From an uncultured Planctomycetales bacterium (lineage in GTDB: Bacteria > Planctomycetota > Phycisphaerae > UBA1845 > PWPN01), in assembly GCA_964618455.1 (NCBI GenBank), contig CAZUAQ010000019.1, positions 8,690-72,689 on the forward strand: a DNA stretch of 64,000 nt, given 5' to 3'. The translations under genes and the position numbers were made by a program. Of the stretch, positions 37,451 through 45,556 are shown piece after piece. Each line of letters begins with the position of its first letter. Within the stretch, counting starts at the first letter, position 1. Under the pieces are notes generated by a model, which saw only the letters and a program-made list of their open reading frames with translations, ran no database searches and was not told the origin of the DNA.

Positions 37451-38245
37451 GTGACGGAAGAGGACTCTCCGAGTTCATTGGCCGAACCGGTTCGCAGAAG
37501 ACCTAACCTGCTCCATGCGTTACGAGTGCTGTTGCGCACGCGCATCGTAGCCGGGTTGATCACGCTGATTCCGATCTGGGTCACCTGGGTCGTCGTCAGT
37601 TTTCTCTTCAACGCGATGAAGTCGGTCACCGAGCCCGTGGCCCGGTGGTTCGCCGATTACGTGCACAAGACAAGGCCGGAGATCACGGCCTACGAGGCGT
37701 ATCTCGATTGGATCGTGCCTGTTCTGGCGGTGCTGCTGACGCTTTCTCTTCTCTACATGCTCGGCTTGCTGACCGCGAGTGTGTTCGGTCGTCGAATCAT
37801 TGAAGTGGTGGAGCGTGTCTTTGAACAGGTACCCCTTGTCAAACAGGTGTATCGATCGACGAAACAGATCGTGCTGACACTCGGCGGAGGACAATCTCAC
37901 AAGGCCAGATTCAAGCGTGTCGTGCTGGTGAAATTCCCACACCCGGGCATGCGCTGCATCGGTTTTCTCACGTCGGTCATGAAGGACGCGGATACGGGTC
38001 GGCCGATGGCCAGCGTGTTCATTTCGACGACGCCCAATCCGACGACCGGCTACATGCAGATCATCCCCCTGGAGGATGTATCCGAGACCGATTGGAGTGT
38101 GGAAGAGGCGGTGAAGCTGCTCATGTCCGGTGGCATCCTGAGCCCGGCGACCGTGCCCTTCGATCGCGTCCGTCCGGTGCATTGGGATCCCGAAACGGAT
38201 CGGAAGGATGACGCGCCGAATGAGGCGACACAGCAGACGGCCTGA
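37451..38245 (+). CDS. DUF502 domain membrane protein
   Basis: AGLITLIPIWVT, PLVKQVY, VFISTTPNPTTG. Confidence 0.85.
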   Translation: MTEEDSPSSLAEPVRRRPNLLHALRVLLRTRIVAGLITLIPIWVTWVVVSFLFNAMKSVTEPVARWFADYVHKTRPEITAYEAYLDWIVPVLAVLLTLSLLYMLGLLTASVFGRRIIEVVERVFEQVPLVKQVYRSTKQIVLTLGGGQSHKARFKRVVLVKFPHPGMRCIGFLTSVMKDADTGRPMASVFISTTPNPTTGYMQIIPLEDVSETDWSVEEAVKLLMSGGILSPATVPFDRVRPVHWDPETDRKDDAPNEATQQTA

Positions 38246-38296
38246 CGCGCGCTTTGCCGTGTCAGCGGGATATACAAGAAAGCAGGAAACATACTG

Positions 38297-38893
38297 ATGA
38301 TCTCAAAACATATTTTCAGCGTGCTGGTGCAGAACCAACCGGGCGTGCTCGCCCATATTGCGGGCATGTTTGCCGCCCGCGGATTCAACATCGACTCTCT
38401 CGTGGTGGGACGGACGGAGGATGACGAGTTCTCGCGCATGGTCATCGTTTCGACCGGCGACGACTTCACCATGGAGCAGGTTCGCAAGCAACTCGGCAAG
38501 ATCGTGCCGGTGGTGAAGGTGCGCGACCTGATCGAGCAGAATTACGTGGAGCGCGATCTGCTTCTGATCCAGGTCCACTGCCCTCCGGAGAAGCGCGGCG
38601 AACTACGCCATATCACTGAGATCTTCCGGGCGAGCATTGTGGACATCGCTCCCAAGTCGGTGATGATTCAGGCCACCGGGCCCGAGGAGAAGATCGAGGC
38701 GTTCATCGAACTGTGCCGGCCTTACGGCATCAAGCAGTTGTCGCGGACCGGCGTGATTGCAATGCCCCGGGCCAGCCAGGCCGAAAGCGGCCCGCCCAAG
38801 CCCACCGGACGGCGTCAGGACCGGAGCGGCGCGAGCGGGGCCCAAACTCAAGCCAAGGGCGGTGTCGAGGAAGCGGCCCTGCCACCCAGTTGA
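38297..38893 (+). CDS. ilvN: Acetolactate synthase small subunit
   Basis: SVLVQNQPGVLAHIAGMFAARGFNIDSL.VG, LSRTG, plus a ~40-aa disordered C-terminal tail. Confidence 0.95.
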   Translation: MISKHIFSVLVQNQPGVLAHIAGMFAARGFNIDSLVVGRTEDDEFSRMVIVSTGDDFTMEQVRKQLGKIVPVVKVRDLIEQNYVERDLLLIQVHCPPEKRGELRHITEIFRASIVDIAPKSVMIQATGPEEKIEAFIELCRPYGIKQLSRTGVIAMPRASQAESGPPKPTGRRQDRSGASGAQTQAKGGVEEAALPPS

Positions 38894-38975
38894 GCGGGCC
38901 GCCCGGTTCAGCAGGATGTTCCGGGCTCGGTGCACTGTGTGACGGAATGGTTACATCCGCCCGATCGGAAAGGTC

Positions 38976-39971
38976 ATGACGATGAGAATACGATCGACAC
39001 GTACACTCGCTATTCTTGCCACAATGGCGGTCTTGTCCTTTTCGGTCGGCGCGGATGAAAAAAAGCCCGACCGGCCGTTGACGGAGAAGGAGGTCGTCCA
39101 GGCCGGGCGGCAGATGCGCGCCGACGTGGAGGCGGTGGTGGGCGCCTTGGACGGCAACGTGAGAGCAAGCGCTGCTCAGGGCCATGACGACGCCACGATA
39201 CGCAAGATCAGTCTCTTCCCCGGAAGACGTAACGGGGCACGCCTCGGTGACATGAGCGACAGTCAACGTCGTCAAGTCGAGCGCTTGTTGCAGTCGGTCC
39301 TGACGGAAGACGCTTACGAGCGCGCGTGCAAAGTGTTCAAGCAGGATTCCGGTACGGGGGATTACTATTTCACCCGCTTCTGGGACGGCGGCGCGACCGA
39401 TCCGCTGGCGTGGCGACTCGAAGGACATCATTTCTCCGTGACATTCTTCGTGGATGACAAGCACCGCATTCGTCCGGGGACGCTGCTCATCGGCGGTCGT
39501 AACGACGTCTGGAAGCCGCTCGATGATCAGGTTCGCGCGCTCTGCGATGCCCTCACGGAGGATCTTCGCGCTCAGGCGACACTGACCCAGCCGCCGCGCC
39601 GTACCGGGAACCCCCCGCACGAGGAAACACTGACTCGTCCCGGACTCGCATGGAAGGATCTCGATGCGCAGCAGAGGAAGAAACTCACAGCCCTGCTCGA
39701 TGCCTTCCAGAAGATGTTTCACAAGCCCGTGGTGAACCTTGCGAGCAAGTCCTTCAGTCAGGCGGGGGGCAAGCCATCTCTGCACATCGCATTCAGCGGA
39801 TCCCCTGAGATGCCCGACAGCGAGTATCACTTCAGTCTCCGCGGCGCGCATGGTTTGAACATTGAATTTGATACGCGCGACGGCCACACGCACATGCTCA
39901 TCCATCTCAGCGCGGGTAAGAACGATTCCGAAACCAAGGAAACGAACAAGCCGGACTCGGCCAAGTCCTGA
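38976..39971 (+). CDS. Exported DUF3500 domain protein
   Basis: Signal peptide, GARLGDM, YYFTRF, WRLEGHHFS, GLAWKDL and HTH motifs. Confidence 0.75.
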   Translation: MTMRIRSTRTLAILATMAVLSFSVGADEKKPDRPLTEKEVVQAGRQMRADVEAVVGALDGNVRASAAQGHDDATIRKISLFPGRRNGARLGDMSDSQRRQVERLLQSVLTEDAYERACKVFKQDSGTGDYYFTRFWDGGATDPLAWRLEGHHFSVTFFVDDKHRIRPGTLLIGGRNDVWKPLDDQVRALCDALTEDLRAQATLTQPPRRTGNPPHEETLTRPGLAWKDLDAQQRKKLTALLDAFQKMFHKPVVNLASKSFSQAGGKPSLHIAFSGSPEMPDSEYHFSLRGAHGLNIEFDTRDGHTHMLIHLSAGKNDSETKETNKPDSAKS

Positions 39972-40008
39972 TCGCGGCAATTTTCCAGTATCTTCGGATG
40001 AAAAAGCG

Positions 40009-40036
40009 TTGACATTTCGTCACCGCGTCCGATAAT
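40009..40036 (+). promoter_or_regulatory. Sigma70-type promoter upstream of the ArsR gene
   Basis: TTGACA - 16 bp - GATAAT in an AT-rich patch. Confidence 0.5.
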
Positions 40037-40066
40037 ACCTATAAAATAACTTGTCGAGGGATTGAC

Positions 40067-40552
40067 ATGAGCCAAGGGCATGATGCCGTTTACAAGGCGA
40101 TGGCGGACGAGCACCGCCGTAAGATACTCACCTCACTCTGCCGCGAGTCGCTCGTCGCCGGCGAGTTGGCACAACTCGTCGGACTCGCACCCAACGCACT
40201 CTCTTTCCATCTCAAGTGGTTGAAGTCGGCCGGACTCGTCTCGGTCGTGCGCGAAGGGCGGTTTCTTCGCTACCGGGCCAATCCGAGTTCGCTCCAGGAG
40301 TGGGCACAGCACATTCAGGCGACGTTCACCGCGTCTCCCAGTCTGCGTCACACGCAGCGCCGGCACACCGATGCCGCGCTGGAGCGTCTCCAGGAAACCC
40401 CGCGCAACCCGGATTCGAATGATAACGGGACGAACCCCGCGGCCGTGCCGTTGGACCTTTCTGAATCGGGGAATGATGCGGGTCTACCCGGGAGCGAGTA
40501 CGCGTTTGCGGGCGCGAGTGATGACGATACCTTGCCGACAGAATTGCTCTGA
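40067..40552 (+). CDS. ArsR/SmtB family transcriptional regulator
   Basis: YKAMADEHRRKIL...LSFHLKWLKSAGLV...REGRFLRY, with a long acidic tail. Confidence 0.9.
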   Translation: MSQGHDAVYKAMADEHRRKILTSLCRESLVAGELAQLVGLAPNALSFHLKWLKSAGLVSVVREGRFLRYRANPSSLQEWAQHIQATFTASPSLRHTQRRHTDAALERLQETPRNPDSNDNGTNPAAVPLDLSESGNDAGLPGSEYAFAGASDDDTLPTELL

Positions 40553-40706
40553 GAATTCGAGGGTGCCCGGCCGCCCCGGACCATCGGTGCCGACAGCGTG
40601 ATTGCGCCCTTGCCGCCGATTTCGAGTATCCTCTCCCCCCAGCGAAACTAGCTTCGCCTCGGCTTCGCAGGGCGCCATAGTTCAACACATCCGGCAGGGA
40701 TTCCGC

Positions 40707-42830
40707 GTGAGTCAAACCGATACTGCAAACAGTGTGGGCCGATTGTTCCGCAGCCCGGGCACCTGGGTCTTCCTGATCGCGATCATCGTCTCGTTCATCG
40801 TCGGCCAGACCGTCTCGACGACATGGACTGCCGGGAAGGTGGAACTGGACGTCCATCCCGATGCGCAGGGGCGTCGCATCATGGGCGACGAGGATGATCC
40901 TCAGTACATCGCCGGAGTGGATGTCGAGGCTGACTGGCAGCTTGCACACGTCATTCTGGACGAGGGGATCGTGGATGAGCAGGGGCGCGTCGTGTCCGGG
41001 CCCATCTACTACGTTTTCAAGCAGGAGAGTGACGCGCTCGAGAGCATCGATCCTGTGAAAAAAGTGCTCGCTTTCGCCCCCGAGCTGGACGAGCGTGGAC
41101 GGCGCTACTTCACTCACGCCGACCGTCGTCGCTATCTCCCGGGAGAAGGTGCGGACCGGGAGGATACCGTCACGCCCTTGACCCTCGGTGTGGCCGAAAG
41201 CAAAGGCGGGCCATTCCAATACACGTCAGGCGATGTGACACGCGATATCATTCGGGTCATCCCCTGGAACAGCGCGGTACTGACCCATGAATCGCTGGAG
41301 CGCTTGAACGACGAGAAGCTGGAACCCACCGCCAAGTCGGAATATGTCTTCCGCGCGGACACCGAGGGTGGGGAAGCCACATACGCGTTCTATCATCTCA
41401 CCGCACAGAATCACTGGGGCATCTGGTCGCTGCTGCCCGCCGCGGTGGCGGTGGCGCTGTGCTGGCTGACGAAGGAGCCCTTACCGGCGCTGTTCGGTGG
41501 TGTGGTCTCCGGGGCATTGCTGCTCGGCAATTATGACGTGACCGATGGGGTGCTGGTCGAGAGTCTCGCCCGCCCCAGCGCCGCCTATATCCTGCTATTG
41601 TATCTCTGGCTGCTCGGCGGCTTGATGGGGTTGTGGGCGCGGACGGGTGCGGCCCAGGCTTTTGCGGATTTCATGACCCGTCACGTCGTGCGCGGGCCGC
41701 GCTCCGCCAAGCTCGTGGCCTGGTTCCTTGGCGTGATCTTCTTTCAGGGCGGCAGCATCAGCACGGTGCTGGTCGGCACCGCCGTCAAGCCGCTGGCCGA
41801 CAAGGAGAAGATCAGCCACGAGGAACTGGCATACATCGTCGATTCCACCGCCTCTCCCATTGCTTCGCAGCTCGCCTTCAACGCCTGGCCGACATACATC
41901 CAGGCGTTCATCTTCGTGGCGGGCGTGCCGTGGCTCGCGACGCAGGCGGACCGTATCAAGTTCTTCTATATGTCCGTGCCACTCTGCTTCTATGCCATCT
42001 TCGCCGTCACGTTCACCTTTCTGCTCAGCGTGGAGAAGTCGCCTTTTCTCGGGAAGAAACTCCGCCTCGCCATGCAGCGTGCTCGCACCACCGGGGAACT
42101 CGATGCCCCCGATGCTGAACCGCTCAGCGCCAAGGAACTCCAGGCCAGCGATGTTCCGCCGGGCTACACCGCCACCGTCTGGGAGTTCTTCCTCCCGCTT
42201 ATCACGTTGATCGGCATCGCCATCGGTACATTCATCTTCATGCCGGACAATACGCCGCGCGTGACCTGGGCCTTCGGCGCCGCGGTCGGTCTGGCGATGT
42301 TGATGGCCCTGTTTCGCGGGATGTCGCTCAAGGACGTGATGATCGGCTACACCAACGGTCTGAAGGGTGTGGTGCTGGGCTCGGTCATTCTGCTCATGGC
42401 GGTGACCATCGGCTGGGTCAGTAAGCAGGCAGGCGGGGGCATCTATCTCGTCGAACTGATCGGCGAGTCCATTCCGTTCTGGGCGCTGCCGGTCTGTCTG
42501 CAGGTGCTGACCATGATCATCGCGTTCTCCACCGGGACAAGCTGGGGAACCTATGCCGTGGCGTTTCCGCTGGCGATGCCGCTCGCCTATGCCGTGGCCG
42601 TTGCCAACGGGCTCGATCACCCCCAGTTCTACATGACCATCTGCTTCGCCTGCGTCATGGATGGCAGCGTCTACGGCGATCAGTGCTCGCCCATTTCCGA
42701 CACGACCGTGCTCAGTTCCATGTGCACCGGATGCGACCTCATGGATCACGTCAAGACGCAGATTCCCCAGGCCAGCGTCGCCGCCGCCCTGGCGGCCATA
42801 TGCTGGACGGCGATTACGTTCCTGGCGTGA
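40707..42830 (+). CDS. NhaC-family (Na+/H+ antiporter / amino-acid transporter-like) protein with large extracytoplasmic insertion
   Basis: [46 protein letters not shown]...HVKTQIP. Confidence 0.85.
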   Translation: MSQTDTANSVGRLFRSPGTWVFLIAIIVSFIVGQTVSTTWTAGKVELDVHPDAQGRRIMGDEDDPQYIAGVDVEADWQLAHVILDEGIVDEQGRVVSGPIYYVFKQESDALESIDPVKKVLAFAPELDERGRRYFTHADRRRYLPGEGADREDTVTPLTLGVAESKGGPFQYTSGDVTRDIIRVIPWNSAVLTHESLERLNDEKLEPTAKSEYVFRADTEGGEATYAFYHLTAQNHWGIWSLLPAAVAVALCWLTKEPLPALFGGVVSGALLLGNYDVTDGVLVESLARPSAAYILLLYLWLLGGLMGLWARTGAAQAFADFMTRHVVRGPRSAKLVAWFLGVIFFQGGSISTVLVGTAVKPLADKEKISHEELAYIVDSTASPIASQLAFNAWPTYIQAFIFVAGVPWLATQADRIKFFYMSVPLCFYAIFAVTFTFLLSVEKSPFLGKKLRLAMQRARTTGELDAPDAEPLSAKELQASDVPPGYTATVWEFFLPLITLIGIAIGTFIFMPDNTPRVTWAFGAAVGLAMLMALFRGMSLKDVMIGYTNGLKGVVLGSVILLMAVTIGWVSKQAGGGIYLVELIGESIPFWALPVCLQVLTMIIAFSTGTSWGTYAVAFPLAMPLAYAVAVANGLDHPQFYMTICFACVMDGSVYGDQCSPISDTTVLSSMCTGCDLMDHVKTQIPQASVAAALAAICWTAITFLA

Positions 42831-42866
42831 TGAATTGAATCAGGGGGAGCTTCGTACAGGAATCGA

Positions 42867-44036
42867 TCACGTGCCGAAGACGCGCCTTTTCGTCATCCGG
42901 TTGATGGCCGGCACCATCGTATTGGCGATCAGCAGTGCCCAGAAGGCCTCGCCGGGCATGCCGACAAGGCATCGGAGTGTTATGGTTCCCGCCCCGATCA
43001 ATATCCCGAACACGGCTTGACCTCGCGCCGTGTAGGGTGAACTGCAGGGATCGGCGGCGAGGATCAGCACGACGAACAGGAATCCACCGGCGGTAAGTTG
43101 ATAGAAGACGTACACCAACCCGATCGGCCAGCCCTGATAGAAGTGCGCTCCCGGCAGCCATGCGTGTTGAATGCCGGTTGCCGTCTCCACGCGCACGGGC
43201 AGGACACAGGCCAGCATCAGGAACGCCACGACCGCCCCGGCGACCATCGAGCCGCGCAGGATCCCACGCCACATCAGCAAGGTCCCCGCCAACAGGATCG
43301 CCACGATCATCGCCTCGCCGATTGCGCCGCCACTCGTACCGATCAGGGTCTCCGTCCAGGGCGGTAGCCGATCGCGCACGAATTCTCCGAGCGTCTCCCC
43401 CAATCCGCCGCTTTTCATCGCGATCGGTTCGCGCAGGTGTTCGAGGGTCGGAGTGCGAAGCCACGCTTCCTCGTTGGCGGGAGGGGCCATGGTGGACCAG
43501 CCTGCCGGAGGCTGCAATTCCGTGTGACGGTTCAGGTCGCCCCATAGCAGATGGTCGGGAACGAGCACCGGCCAGAGCGTCTTCGTGAATGCATCCGGCA
43601 TGATCCACTGGACCAGTACGCGGCCGATCGCCACGGGATGCCACGGGTGATTGCCGATGCCGCCGAGAACGATCTGGCCGATGAACACTGCCAGGGCCGT
43701 GGCCATGACCGGCGCCTTCCAACCGATAAGAGGGGGCATCGTGCATGCCGTGAGCATGCCGATCATCAGCGAGTAACTCTCCGACCATGAATGCGACCGT
43801 CGCATCAACACGTGGAACGTGGCATCAAGCAGCAGGGCGGTGGTGACGCAAAGCGCCGTGAGTCGCAACGTGGCCCAGCCGTGGAGCATCAGGGAATTGG
43901 CGAGTATGAACGCCACCGCCATGACGAAGGTGAGCGTGATGACCTGCGCGCCGGGCAGTCCGTGCCAGTGCGGCGCGGGCAGCGTCCGGAGCAGGCCCGG
44001 TTCGGGAAGCGGGGTGGCGTGACGCTCGGCCATCAT
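42867..44036 (-). CDS. rnfD: RnfD-like membrane subunit
   Basis: GGIGNHPWHP, GGAIGE, GGFLFVVLILAADPCSS, LIANTMVPAI. ATGA overlap with the rnfC stop. Confidence 0.8.
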   Translation of the reverse strand: MMAERHATPLPEPGLLRTLPAPHWHGLPGAQVITLTFVMAVAFILANSLMLHGWATLRLTALCVTTALLLDATFHVLMRRSHSWSESYSLMIGMLTACTMPPLIGWKAPVMATALAVFIGQIVLGGIGNHPWHPVAIGRVLVQWIMPDAFTKTLWPVLVPDHLLWGDLNRHTELQPPAGWSTMAPPANEEAWLRTPTLEHLREPIAMKSGGLGETLGEFVRDRLPPWTETLIGTSGGAIGEAMIVAILLAGTLLMWRGILRGSMVAGAVVAFLMLACVLPVRVETATGIQHAWLPGAHFYQGWPIGLVYVFYQLTAGGFLFVVLILAADPCSSPYTARGQAVFGILIGAGTITLRCLVGMPGEAFWALLIANTMVPAINRMTKRRVFGT

Positions 44037-45412
44037 GATCTCGATCCGCTGACGCGCGTGGAGGAGGTTGTCGAGAGCGTTGCCGCACGGGTCTCCGTAT
44101 ACCGTTTCAACCTTCGAGCCGCGTCCGAGAGCGGAAGCTCCGAAGGGCAGACATAACTGCAAAGCCCGCACTCGAGGCATGCATCGGGATACAGGCCCGA
44201 AGAGGTGTTCCACTCGTCGCATTCCACCGCGTTGAGCAGCGCGCGCGGGTCGAGTTGAACGGGGCAGTCGGCCTGACACCAGCCGCAACGAATGCAGGGC
44301 CCCGGCTTTTTGATCAGGACGGCGTGACGCGCCACGGTCATGACCGCGCAGGTGCGATGATCGATCACCGCGTCCAGGGAACCGATCGCCCGCCCGGTCA
44401 TCGGCCCTCCGTCGAGAATCAGTCCGAGGTCCTCCTTCACCCCGACGTGCTCGAGCAGGGCGCCGTAGGATGTGCCGAGGGGGACACGGAAATTGCCTTT
44501 TCTCGTCACACCCGTGCCCGTCACCGTCACGACGCGCGACACGCACGGCGCGTCGGTGGCGAGGTCGGCCAGGTCGGCGACATGGATCACCCAGACGCCT
44601 ACATCCATCGTCGACCGGCGGTACGGTGTCACGCGACCGGTGACCGCTTTAGTCAGCAGCGTAGGGTGACTCTGCGGGTACTTGTTCAGCAGGCCTCGGA
44701 CACGGACCGGTGTGCGGTGAGCCTGGGCGGTGCAGAACCGCTGAAGCTCGTGGTCGTCACGATCCACCACCAGCCAGAGTCGTTCCGCACCGACCGCCTC
44801 GCGCAACCACGTCCCGCCCGCGATCACGGCTTCGGTCGCTTCCAAAAGCACTCGTCGTGTCGCCGTCATGTAGGGTTCTGAATCCATCCCGTTCAGGATG
44901 ATGTGGCGGATGCCGGCGCCGGCAGCCTGGCGGAGCGCGTGGCTCAAGGGAACGTACTGTGGCGTGGACGAAATGAGTCCGAGTCGATCCGCCCGGTCGC
45001 ACAACGTCTCGAGCGAATGGTCGGAAGGATCGACCGGCAATCGACGCACACTGACCGATGCGTCACTCTGCGAATCGGCCGGAGGCTTGGCGGTGATCTT
45101 CACACTGTGTAAATCGCAATCTCTGGCGGTGTCGACCCGGCCCACGGCGGCGACTTTGCCCGTGACCGGCGACGAAATCGTCAGCCCTCCGTGCCGGCCC
45201 GTGGAACATGCCAGTGGCGCGCCGGCCGCGACGTCATCCCCCGGGCGGACAGATATGTCCCAGGAAGTTTCATCCCATCGCGGTAGCGGGAGATGGGCTT
45301 CCGAGATGGCGCGAAGATCCTGAATCGGTGAGTCGGCGGTCATTTCCCGATGCATCGGGAGAAACAGTCCGCCCTCGAAGGATTGCCGGGATAACCAGAA
45401 GCGTCGCAGCAC
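44033..45412 (-). CDS. rnfC: RnfC-like subunit with two [4Fe-4S] motifs
   Basis: FEGG N-terminus (GTG start with GAGGA RBS), SSPVTGKV, NGMDSEPY, GGPMTG, CIRCGWCQADCP and CLECGLCSYVCP. Confidence 0.82.
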   Translation of the reverse strand: MLRRFWLSRQSFEGGLFLPMHREMTADSPIQDLRAISEAHLPLPRWDETSWDISVRPGDDVAAGAPLACSTGRHGGLTISSPVTGKVAAVGRVDTARDCDLHSVKITAKPPADSQSDASVSVRRLPVDPSDHSLETLCDRADRLGLISSTPQYVPLSHALRQAAGAGIRHIILNGMDSEPYMTATRRVLLEATEAVIAGGTWLREAVGAERLWLVVDRDDHELQRFCTAQAHRTPVRVRGLLNKYPQSHPTLLTKAVTGRVTPYRRSTMDVGVWVIHVADLADLATDAPCVSRVVTVTGTGVTRKGNFRVPLGTSYGALLEHVGVKEDLGLILDGGPMTGRAIGSLDAVIDHRTCAVMTVARHAVLIKKPGPCIRCGWCQADCPVQLDPRALLNAVECDEWNTSSGLYPDACLECGLCSYVCPSELPLSDAARRLKRYTETRAATLSTTSSTRVSGSRS

Positions 45413-45556
45413 GAAACGTCCTCTTCGTCCGCCGACGCGTGGGCGTGCCGCGGAGTCCTGCATCGATCCACTTTGATGCGTGGGAAACCATGGGAACCGA
45501 AGTAGCGGAGGCTGTCAAAGCAGGCGCCGTGCGGCCGATGCGCGTGGAAAGTGAGG

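Noticed and set aside
5972-38930. Intergenic hairpins (5972, 20800, 27636, ~38900) as a REP family or CRISPR remnant
   Set aside because: They share no sequence and are not regularly spaced. They are independent terminators or stabilisers.
42814-44546. 559-aa ORF read as a fused/extended RnfD, and the overlapping 324-aa ORF
   Set aside because: RnfD similarity starts only at the ATG at 44036, which overlaps the rnfC stop. The upstream part is an off-frame read of rnfC, and the 324-aa ORF is an alternative frame.
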